From assembly GCF_001194135.2 (NCBI RefSeq), contig NC_068998.1, forward strand, positions 27,874,342 through 27,938,341: a DNA stretch of 64,000 nt. The letters run 5' to 3'. The translations under genes were made by a program, and so were the position numbers. The notes under the pieces were generated by a model that was not told where the DNA came from, ran no database searches, and was given only the letters and a program-made list of their open reading frames with translations. This DNA comes from Octopus bimaculoides (Eukaryota). Positions within the stretch are counted from its first letter, which is position 1; each line of letters starts with the position of its first letter. Shown piece by piece: positions 39,460 through 52,060 of the stretch.

Positions 39460-40160
39460 AATATGTTGTAGCCTAAGCTCTTCCGTGTACCCTGCTTCTC
39501 CCAACTACTGCACATTTGTGCTCTAAATATAAAGGTGTTCTATCCTGCAGTCAATTGTCTGCTTTCCACTGTCACAGCTGCTACTGTAAAAAAATAAACA
39601 CCTTCGAGAGAAATTCAAAACAATCAGATACTCCATCTCAGCCAAATGTGACCGGGTAAGGTAGCTGGTTGGGCACTTGAAATAACAATGCCAAGAAACT
39701 TGCAGAAGTTACGAAAATTGTAGAAAGTTTTGAGGACAAGAGTATTTTGGTGCAGAGAGCGGGAAAAGCTGTGCAAAATCCTGAGATTAGGACTATCCTC
39801 ACCCAAATCTGTTCAAAATATCGACAGTCAAAAGTGTTGATTTTGAAAGCTGAGTCAACTGCCTTCACTGTCTATGATGCTCACAAAAGTCTCAAAGAAG
39901 TGAGATTCAACGAAGACCCATGTTGCATCATGAATTACATTGATTTTAAATTCAATAAAAACCAAATTAATTCGATAATTCAACTAATGAACCACAAACT
40001 TACATCTGCGGAATATGCAGATCTGATACAATCCCAGGCGACACCCTCTGCTGTAGAATGCAGTTTTTCGACGTTGAAAAAATCCTTGCAAAAGACGAAT
40101 TTTTTGCCTACAAATACAAAACATTATATCATATTGTACTATAATAAATTTCCACAATAG
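39460..40160 (+). mobile_element. hAT-type transposase C-terminal remnant (CGGBP1-related type)
   Basis: PKLFRVPCFSQLLHICALNIK (degenerate C-x2-H), PSQPNVTG*GSWL (cf. P-Q-PVITRWGTWL), QATPSAVECSFSTLKK...YIILYYN. Confidence 0.65.
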
Positions 40161-40318
40161 TTATGTTTTTAAATTGTTTTTATAATTCTCGTATATCAAA
40201 ACTAGAGTGAACTCTAATGTTTATAGATTTATTGATAATAATAGGGTCAAAATAAGGTTAAAAGCTGGCAATAAAGTTTTAAAATAAGGTTAAAATCAAG
40301 TAATTATAAAATCATGCA

Positions 40319-40390
<72 letters not shown>

Positions 40391-40455
40391 TGGAAAAATA
40401 ATGTTTTAACTCTCTGAGCGGGAGATATACAGTAAAAGTACCGAATAGTAAAGTT

Positions 40456-40757
40456 TATATGTCAACAGAATGTGCCAGTCCTGTAAAGGACGAAGTTACT
40501 GTTGTTTTAGCCCCAGGAAAACATCTATTCCAGCTGGGCATCGACACACAGTCTGTGTCCGTATAGCATCTGCAAGAGATGTCATTGCTCCTATGTGAGT
40601 ATCACGTAAGGCTAGAGATGAGAGCGCTGACCTCCTTTGTAAATGCTATACGGACACAGACTGTGTGTCGATGGTCAGCTGGAAAAGATGTTTTCCTGGG
40701 GCTAAAATAACAGTAACTTCGTCCTTTACAGGACTAGCACATTCTGTTGGCATATAT
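40456..40757. mobile_element. Young MITE-like element with ~114-bp near-perfect inverted arms and a 73-bp spacer
   Basis: 40456-40569 is the reverse complement of 40643-40757 with few mismatches; TA-rich flanks; diverged relative at 63936-64000. Confidence 0.85.
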
Positions 40758-41043
40758 ACATNNNNNNNNNNNNNNNNNNNNNNNNNNNNNNNNNNNNNNN
40801 NNNNNNNNNNNNNNNNNNNNNNNNNNNNNNNNNNNNNNNNNNNNNNNNNNNNNNNNNNNNNNNNNNNNNNNNNNNNNNNNNNNNNNNNNNNNNNNNNNNN
40901 NNNNNNNNNNNNNNNNNNNNNNNNNNNNNNNNNNNNNNNNNNNNNNNNNNNNNNNNNNNNNNNNNNNNNNNNNNNNNNNNNNNNNNNNNNNNNNNNNNNN
41001 NNNNNNNNNNNNNNNNNNNNNNNNTATATATATATATATATAT

Positions 41044-41385
41044 AGGTGTAGGCGTAGCTGTGTGGTAAGAAGCTTGCTTCCCAACTATACAGTTCAGGGT
41101 TCAGTTCCACTGCGTGGTACCTTCGACTAGTCTTTTCTATAGCCTCAAGCTGACCTTGTGAGTGGATTTCGTATGTATATATATGTGTCTGTGCTTCACC
41201 CCACCCCCATTACCGCTTGATAACTGGTGATGGTGTGTTTACGTCCCCGTAACTTAGCGGTTCGGCGAAAAGATGCCGATGGAATAAGTATTAGGCTTAG
41301 AAAATAAATCCTGGGATCGATTTGTTCGACTAAAGCCCTTCAAGGCGATGTTCCAACATGGCTGCAGTCAAATGATTGAAACAAT
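41044..41385 (+). mobile_element. SINE family A, near complete
   Basis: Head, short (TA) centre, and 3' half ending gcagtcaaatgattgaaaca. Confidence 0.9.
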
Positions 41386-41445
41386 TACACAGATACTTGC
41401 CAGAAGTAAAGAGTATTTTTGAAATTACATTGATAGGAGAAATCA

Positions 41446-41739
41446 ATATTGTTAAACTTGGGGATAGTCGCTACTTATTTGATCTTCGCTTTAATTTTAT
41501 TAAACGCAACAACGTAAGCCTCAGCCATGCTAACAAAACATTGAAAAACAGTATATTCTGTTATCTACGAAAGATCATTACAACCCAACAACTTCATTTT
41601 GTAATAAAACTAAAATGAAGATCAAATAAACAGTATGTGTGTGAATTTAAGCGGCAACAGATGACGGTCCCCAAATATAACAATATCTGTTTCAACACAC
41701 GTTTCTACATCAAGAATCTTGCAAAACAAATACATAAAC
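41446..41739. mobile_element. Foldback (MITE-like) element, copy 2
   Basis: Same arms and same 3' extension as 25007-25417, different spacer. Confidence 0.7.
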
Positions 41740-42109
41740 GTAGGAAATTAATAGTCTCGTGTGATAGGTGAGGAAAGTACTATGTTCTTCATAGTTAACG
41801 ATCCCTTTAACCTGGAATAGAGCGGCAACCAAGGTGCTTTGTCTTCTTAACGACTCGTCTGTGTCCACATACAATCGCACGCTCTGCGCATAGCGTTATC
41901 AATCACCTCTCAGCCTCTCTTCCTTTCTGCTTTTCTGGCTGTGCTTGCCCGCGTTGTTGCTTCTATGACCTCTTTTTAAATGGGAACCTCTAGTACATGA
42001 TAGAATATTCCATAATATGGGGTGATATTTCTGCAAGCTGATTGGTTGATATTCAGGGCACGTCTCCTGATCTAAGTGTAGTCTGATACTGTAAAGTTTC
42101 GATTCTAGA

Positions 42110-43580
42110 TTTCGCCTTGGAAATGTTTAGAGATTGCCCCTTGGAAAGTAATGAAACCTGAAGAAAGTGAAGAAGCTCGAAAGGGCCGTGTAACTCCTAA
42201 CAGAATTTCCCAATTTGTACGCACGAATGTATAAATTCGGAGTGGGAAAAACAATACCCTTTGGATCAAAATAAAGGACTGTTTTTGCAAGAGGATGATA
42301 TAATGAGAAATAAATGTAAAATTAGGAGAAACACTAATTATGTAATTCTTTCTGCAGAGAGAGGAGCACAAGCCACAAGAAATATAAACTGGCTGATGAG
42401 GGGTTTTTTCCTCTCTTACGACACCCCAAAACGCTACAGCAGCAATCGACATATCACAAAACTGTCAATTGCTATGCCGAGAGGTGGCCTTCAGAAAAAC
42501 TGCTTCACTAAAATCCTCTGTACCAAAATATGGAGCACGTGAGCCACAAGAGAAATCGCAAAATCATCATCAAAGCAGACAAACTTGCAGCTGCTGAACA
42601 TGAACAGAAATACAATACACTTGTCATTGTTAAAATTGCTATCAGAATAGTTGACGAGCAACAAGAACGACGTGACATTGTTGTGCAAAAAATAAGTATT
42701 CCGAGCAAGTATATGTAGCTCATAGGACTTATATTTCACTCTAATATTGTCTCATTATTTTTCTATATGGTCAAGATGGATATTTGTTTCATCCTATGAC
42801 AGATTGACTCATAAGTAAGATCATTTCTGCGATAACGTTGGGCTTCCTACGAAGACAAGACGAGAGCAGATGATTATATACTAATCTTCCAACTCGGCTG
42901 AAATGGTTTTGTCGACTTTAGGACATGATAACACCAAGAAAAGAGTAGGCAATTACATTCACATTCGAGATGCCATCATCTCTGACGGTGACCTAAGAAA
43001 TATCGGATAGCCATTCATACTGTCATCAAACTTCTTTTTACTACAAGCATAAGACAGGATACGAACGCAAAACAATTCTTAGAAAGGAACTTACATAGGA
43101 CAATTGATGGGTATTCTCACACTGTAAATTGTGCGAGCTTCTAAAAGCCTACATCAGTGTAGAGTATTACAATTCTATCAAAGCAATGCGATATATTATA
43201 AAACATGCTAATAGGGATAGTGACATGACTACTTTTGCAATTGAGATGGAGCTCAATGAGTGTGGATTGGATGAAATCAAACGATCAATCATACTGTGAA
43301 CTCCATTAACAGGGCTATCTTGTGGTCTGCTAGGTAGCCCATCAAAAGAATGGGTAGAGAACGCACTTCATTTCTACCACAGCTCATCATTTGGGGGTCT
43401 CAGGTGTTCTTGCAAGCAAGGTGTGCACAACATACAAAGATACATGTGGGCTACATGGAACTCTGCAAGATAATCGACACTGAAACACACTAGAGGAAGC
43501 ATCAGTCACTGGAGTGACAAATCAAATGAGACAGTCGTTTGTTGATATGCTCTCAGCCTGTGGAACTAACGAACGCCCAT
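42110..43580 (+). mobile_element. Helitron Rep-helicase remnant with internal deletions
   Basis: KADKLAAAEHEQKYN...RRDIVV; HRTYISL*YCLIIFLYGQDGY; YIHIRDAIISDGDLRNIG*PFILSS; ISVEYYNSIKAMRYIIKHANRDSD; TYKDTCGLHGTLQDNRH*NTLEEA. Confidence 0.85.
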
Positions 43581-43609
43581 GAGTGCAAAAACAATATATC
43601 AGAACATTA

Positions 43610-45112
43610 CTTAAACAAAGGCAACAGGTAGGATAGCCATTTGTAAATGAGTTGAAGCGTGCCTACTTCCAATATGAGACAATGTAAACTGATACCTTTT
43701 TCTCAGCTGGATGATGAACTGGTGAAAACTGATTACTTTGTGATTGAGATCTCTCGGGAGTTTTTGGAGCGAAATTGTTTTCTCCCTCATTACCAGATTT
43801 TTTTGTTCATAAAACGATTGCACGAGCCTACTGTTGCTTTAAAATCTCTACTTTCTTCTGTATATGATTTAACCCATTTTAGGGCATAAGATCTTATTTT
43901 ATTTCACGTTACAATGTAGCCATCTTGTCTCTGCTGGAGTCCAATTCTGCTACGTCCTTTTCCAACTTCGGCCAACGAATGCTTCCTCTTCTCATTGCAC
44001 ATGTTTGTTCGGGCATTTGTTTTAATTCTTACTCATTCTTTCTCCACTCTCATTCCAACTTCTCGGTAACATCGAATGTTCTAGCAGCAGCACAATTGTT
44101 CCATAACATCCAATTTGAAACTAGCCGCATATTTTCTTCTTTTTGCTGGTGGTTGCATATTGATATGAGTATAAAATAATTATAAATTTCACTTGACGAG
44201 ACAGTTTGTGATTTCATATGAAGATCGGTGGTTTCCCTTTTAGGCATAGTGTATAGGAAAAACATGATATAGAACCGTTTTTGTCTTTATTGGTAAATGT
44301 TAGGATATATGCAGTATATATTGGATATAAATATATAAAGGGTAAAAGTTATTAAAGGTAATAATTTATACTAGTGGCCAGCATGCGTAAAAAATTGTCT
44401 GTAGACCATAAAATATTTTTATAATAAAACATCAATTACACACTGAGAGGATGACCACTAAGTGGTCTCCTAACATGCTGAAAAGAGATGCCAAATCACC
44501 AAACCACGAAAAATACATTCTTAGCACATTGACTGTAGGCGGGCAAGACAATTTGAAAAAATTAAAAAGACCGGTTAATTCTGTACTCCGAAGTTTTACC
44601 ATTAATAATTAATAAAATTATCTGTGGATCTTCAGTAGAACCTGCTGGGGATGTATAATTATAAAACTCAAATACATACCATATCAAAAGGATACACGTG
44701 CATATCGAGTGTTATCGTTTATATTTTGTGAATAGAAAAAGAAGAGGAGGAAGAAGAAACAGCGGAAAAATCAGTATTTGCAAGAGATCAGCTGATGAAA
44801 CATAAACAAAACAATGGTTCCCTTTTAGGCGACGTGTGTATGCAAAAACATGATATAGAAACAGATTTGTTATTTCGTTTATTTTAATATCTAAGGATAT
44901 AGTAGGTAAAAAAAGACATTTCTAATAATATCATCTTCATATGACTAATATTTCAAAAGATACCTGTTGCTGCAAAAGCTAGCCTGTACACAGATGGTTT
45001 TGGAATTTAGCATTTGTCTTATGCTGCAGATATGAGATTAAATTCATGAATCTTTTACAAATTTTGACCTCGTCTTATCTAAAGGTCGTCTTATACACGG
45101 AAATATTCGGTA
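43610..45112 (-). mobile_element. pogo/Tigger-type transposon, 5' end and N-terminal transposase (HTH/CENP-B region)
   Basis: NCAAARTFDV, RWPKLEKDV, DFKATVGSCNRFM...LVMREKT..LQKLPRDL...FHQFIIQLRK...IGS. Terminus TA|ccgaatatttccgtgtataagacgacc on the minus strand from 45110. Other end not found. Confidence 0.8.
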
Positions 45113-46164
45113 TATATATTTATGTATGTGTATATATATATATATGTATATATACCAAATGATAAGAAGACAAAATTCTTTAAGACATCTTTAATGATTC
45201 ATTATTCTTTGTCTTATTATTATTTGAATTATTTACCATTCGCCAAACTCATTTTACGATGTGAACGTCGTGAAACAAAGATTTTCTACACCAGAGGAAT
45301 TCCGGCATTGGCCTGGAATCCGATAATGGTGATAGCCCAGTATTCTCGTTGAGTACTTCTCTGGAAACACCCTAACGTTACACCCTACCAGAACGTAAGA
45401 TTATATATATNNNNNNNNNNNNNNNNNNNNNNNNNNNNNNNNNNNNNNNNNNNNNNNNNNNNNNNNNNNNNNNNNNNNNNNNNNNNNNNNNNNNNNNNNN
45501 NNNNNNNNNNNNNNNNNNNNNNNNNNNNNNNNNNNNNNNNNNNNNNNNNNNNNNNNNNNNNNNNNNNNNNNNNNNNNNNNNNNNNNNNNNNNNNNNNNNN
45601 NNNNNNNNNNNNNNNNNNNNNNNNNNNNNNNNNNNNNNNNNNNNNNNNNNNNNNNNNNNNNNNNNNNNNNNNNNNNNNNNNNNNNNNNNNNNNNNNNNNN
45701 NNNNNNNNNNNNNNNNNNNNNNNNNNNNNNNNNNNNNNNNNNNNNNNNNNNNNNNNNNNNNNNNNNNNNNNNNNNNNNNNNNNNNNNNNNNNNNNNNNNN
45801 NNNNNNNNNNNNNNNNNNNNNNNNNNNNNNNNNNNNNNNNNNNNNNNNNNNNNNNNNNNNNNNNNNNNNNNNNNNNNNNNNNNNNNNNNNNNNNNNNNNN
45901 NNNNNNNNNNNNNNNNNNNNNNNNNNNNNNNNNNNNNNNNNNNNNNNNNNNNNNNNNNNNNNNNNNNNNNNNNNNNNNNNNNNNNNNNNNNNNNNNNNNN
46001 NNNNNNNNNNNNNNNNNNNNNNNNNNNNNNNNNNNNNNNNNNNNNNNNNNNNNNNNNNNNNNNNNNNNNNNNNNNNNNNNNNNNNNNNNNNNNNNNNNNN
46101 NNNNNNNNNNNNNNNNNNNNNNNNNNNNNNNNNNNNNNNNNNNNNNNNNNNNGTGTGTGTGTGT

Positions 46165-46350
46165 CCCAACATCGCTTGACAACCGATGCTGGTGTGTTTA
46201 CGTCCCCGTAACTTAGCGGTTCGGCGGAAGAGACCGATAGAATAAGTACTAAGCTTACAAAGAATAAGTCCTGGGGTCGATTTCTTCGACTAAAAGGCGG
46301 TGCTCCAGCATGGCCGCAGTCAAATGACTGAAACAAGTAAAAGAGTAAAA
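46165..46350 (+). mobile_element. SINE family A, 3' half
   Basis: atcgcttgacaaccgatgctggtgtgtttacgtccccgtaacttagcggttcggc...gactgaaacaagtaaaagag. Confidence 0.9.
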
Positions 46351-46368
46351 GAGTGTATATATGTGTGT

Positions 46369-46409
<41 letters not shown>

Positions 46410-46751
46410 CATGTATATTGATACATACACATACATGCATATATATATAAGCATAAACACACACACACACACACACATACAAGCAAACAAACGCACATAT
46501 GTGTGAGTCCCTGTGTACGTATTTATGTTTATGTTCTTTTATGCTTTGTATTCTTGAAATTCAATTAAGAAATAAAGCAATCCGGGAAAGCAGTGCTCCA
46601 GTCTGGCTGCTGTCTAATACCTGAAATGAATATCTCCATTATTGAAACTAAAGATAAAATGTAGTTAAAGGGGAATAAGTACGTCAATCTATAAACAATT
46701 ATCGTAAGAATACTATTATTTTCCAACACAATCAAACACATACAAATACAG

Positions 46752-46918
46752 ATGCGTCGGCGCGGTCGTGTGGTAAGATGTTTGCCACCCAACCACAAGG
46801 TTCCGTGATCAGTCTCACCGCGTGACACCTTGAGCAAGTGTCTATTACTATATCTTCGGCCCAACCAAAGCCTTGCGAATGGATTTGGTAGAACGAAACG
46901 TAAAAGGAGCATGACATA

Positions 46919-46995
<77 letters not shown>

Positions 46996-47190
46996 TTACT
47001 TGTTTCAGTCATTTTACGGCTGCCACACTGGAGTACTGCCTTTAGTCGAGCAAATCGACCTCAGGGCTTATTCTTTGTAAGCCTACTACTTATTCTATCG
47101 GTCTCTCTTACCGATGCGCTAGATTACGGGGACGTGAATACACCAACATTGGATGTCAAGCGATGGTGGAGTGCGGGATAAACACGGACA
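46752..47190. mobile_element. SINE family A head (+), (GT)n, then a 3' half in the opposite orientation
   Basis: Head 46752-46912 on plus; 46992-47170 is the reverse complement of the 3' half. Confidence 0.8.
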
Positions 47191-47235
47191 CAAAAATATA
47201 TGCACCTTTATTTTCTCTCTCTCTGTTTATTTTTG

Positions 47236-47345
47236 TGTCCGTTTCTGTTGAAGAGCGTCGGCTCGAAACGTAAAAGACTTTCTCACTTCCCGAGCGACCT
47301 GTCTTCGTCTTTTGTTTCGTTTGCTCTTTTGTAAATTCCAACTTT
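47236..47345 (+). ncRNA. Solo Penelope-type repeat with minimal hammerhead, variant core
   Basis: gtc(cg)ttt-CTGTTGA(47245-51)-A-GAGC-gtcg-GCTC-GAAA-CGT-A-aaagac; downstream sequence matches 21050-21140 with a deletion. Confidence 0.55.
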
Positions 47346-47359
47346 ATATATAGTAGAAG

Positions 47360-47604
47360 ACATTTCCCCAAGGTGCCACGCAGACCACACAGTCACCCCC
47401 TTGAGTCACGTCATTGAGTTGCGGTCATTTTGGAGCATCGCCTCGGAAGGTTAAATCGAACAAACCGACTCCAGTACTTATGTTTGTAAGCCTGACACTA
47501 TCGGTCTCTTTCGCTATGTGACGAGGATATAATAATAATAATAATCAAGCGGTGGTGGGGGACAAATACATACACAAGGGCACACAACACACGCGCGATC
47601 GCGC

Positions 47605-47684
<80 letters not shown>

Positions 47685-47925
47685 TTGCTTCAGTCATTAG
47701 TCTGCAGTCATGGTGGGCACCGCCTATTTGTCGAATCGACCCCAGAATTTTCTCTAGCCTGGTATTTATTCTATAATTTTTTTGCTGAACCATTAGGTTA
47801 TGAGGACGTAAACACACGAACACCAGTTGTCAAGCGCAAATGGGGGACAAAGATACAGAAACATTTTTTTCTCTCCAAGTCCAAGGACTGCAGCCATGCT
47901 GGGGTACCGTCGTTTACTTAGCTAC
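47360..47925 (-). mobile_element. Fragmented SINE family A pieces around (GACA)(GATA)n
   Basis: cccaaggtgccacgcag, aatcgaccccag, and aaacacacgaacaccagttgtcaagcg. Confidence 0.7.
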
Positions 47926-47929
47926 ACTT

Positions 47930-50790
47930 TCACGAAACCTCCTCTGACATTTGATGGATGTAGGGAGTTTGACGTTGCTCCCCTAATCGATGTTTCTTGC
48001 CTAGAGGTAGGTTCATCTGGAACTCTTGACAGAAGGAGATCTAGTTTTGCTTTGAAAGAGTCTACATCCACGCCATGCAGGTCTCTCAGAATATTGAAGA
48101 GCTATGGGCCTTTGAAGCCCAAGCTGTTGCATATCTGGTCCTGTATCCTGATGGCAATGTTGGGAACTTTGGTGCCATGAAGTAGCACCCCGTCCTGCTG
48201 TTTGTGTAAGTAACAATGCCAAAGTTTGGGACAAGTTTTTCTAGGATTTTCCAGATGTGTAGTAACTGCATATCTTTCCCGCTAGGGAGTAGAGTCTTAA
48301 CTCTTTCAGTCTCTCCCAGTAGCTGATATGTCGCATTGTATCGAGCTTTCTTGTGCAGCTTCGATGGGTCACCTCGAGATCCATCGTTAATTTTACATTG
48401 ATTGGTGGCCACAGCTGGGAGTAGTAATCCAGACGGCTGAGAACGAAAGTCCTCCATAGGAGCATCATGGTTTCCTTTTCTCTTGTTTTGAAATTTCGAA
48501 GGATCCACCCGGCCACACGTCTTCATTTTATTGCCGACTTGTTAATGTGCACCTGGAAAGATGCATAATTACTCATGTCAACGGCCATTGTGTTGGTAGC
48601 GCAGGGCTTGGAGTCTTCCAGTATTAAACTGTATGTTATTTTCCTCAGCCCACCTGTATATTGCTTCCAACACATGTTGCAGATCCACAATGTCTCCAGG
48701 GTTCTGTATCCTCAGAGAGACTTTTGTATCGTCTGCATAGCTAGCAAAAGTAGGTACTTGAGCAGCTGGGGGCATGTCAGGAAGGGCCACTATGAATAGC
48801 AGGGGCCCCAGGACAGTGCCCTGTGAAACACCACTCATTATTTGTGTTTTCTTGGAGGTGGCCCTATTGACCACCACTACCTGACCACCACTATCTTTTA
48901 GAAGATATCTTTTATTGACCACCACTATCTTTTAGAAAGTCATGTAGCCATTCTCCAAGTTTTCCAAATATGCCAAGATTTCGGAGCTTGTGACAAACTA
49001 TACCTCGATCGACTTTGTCAAAGGCTTTTGCAAAGTCGAGGTATATCACGTCCACATTTGAGTTGGTGGGCAGCTGCTTTAGCACGCAGTCGTAATGCTG
49101 CAGGAGCTGTGTCGGGCAGTTTCTACCAGATCGAAAACCATGCTGGGTGTCAGTCAGAAAGTCATTTTCTTGAAGGAATGCGAAGAGTTTCTTGCGGACT
49201 ATTCGTTCCATGACTTCGATGATGCATGAGGTCAGAGAGATAGTCCTATAGATTTTAGCATCTGCTCAGCTTCCTCCTTTATGGATAGAGCATATTATTC
49301 CGTCCTTTAGTTTATCCGGGAGCTTACCATTTGCGAGGAAACTCTAAAAAAGTAGTTGCAATGGGTTTTCAAGGACTCGTTTGCATGACTTGGGAAAGAC
49401 TGCTGGGAATTCATCAGGGCCAGCAGCAGAGTTTGCGTCTGTATCATCTCTTGCTAGCATTACATCTTTTTCTTCGATGATCTAAACAATTGTTACTGCC
49501 TCCAGTTCAGCTTCTGTAGTAGTAAAGAATTCTACAGGTTTGCTAACTTACATGTGCCGTAGAGGTGGAGTGAAGACACTTTTGAACTGTTCATTCAGTG
49601 TTTCAATTATCCTCATTGGGTTTCCCGTGAGGAGCCATCTTTTTGGAGGAGAGGCCTTACCCTGTAATGCATAGACGTAGTCTCCTTGGCGTACCTAAAG
49701 AAGGCTTTAGGGTCTGATTTTATATTTCTCATGACCCAGACTCCTCTGTCTGATCTTTCCTTCTCGTGGGACTGCTTCAGTTGTTTCTCAATCTCCAGCA
49801 GTGATGTTTCCAGGCGGGCATTCCCACTGCCGTTGAGATCTCTGTCGAGGTGGTTTGCAATCTTTGTACGCCGTTTCATAAGAACTTTCCTCTTCCTGGG
49901 AATCTTGTTTTTATGTGCAGTGTCTCTCTGAGACAAAATTGTAGTATATGGCTTGCATTACAGACATGAATGTTTTCAATTTCATGTCTATGTCAGGTGT
50001 AGAGAGACATTGGGACCAGTCCTGTTTAATGATCTCTTTCACAATCGATTTCCAGTCTGCTTTGTTGTAGTTCAGATTGGATAGGTTTTGGGTGCTTTTC
50101 ATAGGCTGCATGTCTGTAGGTTCCTTTGGTCTATACATGATCAGCTCTATTATGTTGTGATCCGAGATTAAAGTCAGTGTCACTTTCACATTGTGGATGA
50201 GATCCACATTGTTTGTGAGGCAGAGATCAAGTATATTATTTGCCCTAGTTGGTTGGAGTATTATTTGCTTCTTTTATAAATTGTTGGTGAGGTTGAGGAG
50301 GGATTCCACCTGACTTTGCTCACATCACGTCATTCCTGAGAGGAAAAGGCCTTCGGGCCATTTCACATTGGGCAGGTTGAAGTCTCCCATGAGAAGTACA
50401 CTGATGCGTGCTTCTATTTTGGTTAAGACCTCTTTTATTCTTGCAAGGTAGTCTTTGAATAGGCCCGTGTGATTTGGGGCATCTGGTGGGTGATATGTAA
50501 AACATATAACTATCTCAAATTGTCTTGTATGTACAAGTAGTGTGTCACACACTGAGTTTGAGTGTGACAAAAAGATCTGGGGTATGAGATCTTCACGGAT
50601 GTACGTTGCAACTCCACCGTGGCTCCTGTCTTTTCTATCACTTTGCAATACGACGTACTTTGGTAAGTGTATTTCTGCATCTGCGATGTCGAGTTTTAAG
50701 TGCATTTCAGTGAGTGCTCTGCATAAGGATTGATTGCATATCACTAGGTCTCTCGAGAAGGTAATTTAAGTTCTGTTACTGAGTTGCAAC
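47930..50790 (-). mobile_element. CR1-group LINE ORF2 (APE endonuclease plus RT), nearly complete, frameshifted
   Basis: RKDRSHGGVATYI; LLMGDFNLP; SDHNIIEL; QHGFRSGRNC; YLDFAKAFDKVD; GVSQGTVLGPLLF; YADDTK; TFVLSRLDYYSQLW. Confidence 0.93.
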
Positions 50791-50819
50791 AGTCCTCTCT
50801 CACACACACTCTCTCTCTC

Positions 50820-50919
<100 letters not shown>

Positions 50920-50924
50920 CGTAT

Positions 50925-51005
50925 ACATATAATGGGCTTCTTTCAGTTTCCGTCTGCCAGATCCACTCAGAAGGCTTTGATTGGCCTGAGGCTATAGCAG
51001 AAGAC
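50925..51005 (-). mobile_element. SINE family A head fragment next to (GT)n
   Basis: gggcttctttcagtttccgtctgccagatccactcagaaggctttg. Confidence 0.8.
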
Positions 51006-51499
51006 AATAAAAGAATGAAGATATTACTTTATCAAGTCTAAAAAAATATTTAAGTAGTTAAAGGGAAGTAACTACTATTCCTTTACATGGTTTATGACTA
51101 TAGTTATTTCCCACTCAATATAAATAGATGTTTATATAATCATGCATGCATGCACGCACACGCACACGCACACGCACACGCACACATACGCGCACGCGAC
51201 TTGGACACCTTAGATTTTGGCCATATTGGGTGCAGGCTGAAAAGCACTGCCGTCAGGTTTTAGGTCATCATAGTCCATTCAATTAGGGTATTGTTTGACA
51301 ACATATGTATAGGTGCTAATATTTTGGCTGGTATTTCTGAGAGGAATTTGTTTGAGCGATATGAAATCCATTTCTTGTTTGATTAGTTTCGGAATAATGT
51401 CGATAAAGCAGTTCCGGTTGAAGTAAAATTTAAGTTGCGTTTCAATGTTATGAGCTCGATTTTTGTCCAAGCCTTGGGTGACTTGCGTAATTGATAGCG

Positions 51500-52060
51500 G
51501 CATCTTACCTGTTTAATTCTCCTTTCACAACAATGCAAAATTACAATCCATACACCAGCATAATATAATCTACTCTTCACTTAGAGAAAGAGAATCCCTT
51601 TGTTTTGAGTAGAGGGCACAACTCCGTAACCCTTTTCCGTACTTACTCTGGTTTTCGAAACACCCACTTTTTCATTGCTGATTAGGTCACCTAGAAAACA
51701 GAAGCTGCTAATTTCTTCTCTGGAACGTTCCAACATTTGAAAGAATTCATTTAATAGGTGCTATTACCGTCACTGCTCTTGTACATCTGCCACATACGAG
51801 GTCCTTCTCTGTTATCCTGCCTGTGGTTCCACTAAATCTCATATGTAACCACGTATACATTCGGTACACAGAATAGAATACCTGTCAACATCTTTTCTGC
51901 ATATTGAGCATGACCGCGTCTCAGAGTTTTGAATTCTTTCTTTTAGATTTCAAGTATCTAAGTTATGTTTCCATGTTTGGAACTTTTAAAAAAAAATTTT
52001 TTCATTGATCCGGCTATGAGAACTAAGACGTGTGTATACAGGAGTTCTCATAAACATCCG
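51500..52060 (-). mobile_element. RTE-related LINE RT fragment with an embedded PHD-like finger
   Basis: CSICRKDVDRYSILCTEC / WLHMRFSG...VCGRC followed by FCFLGDLIS and RLYYAGVWIVILHCCE. Confidence 0.7.
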
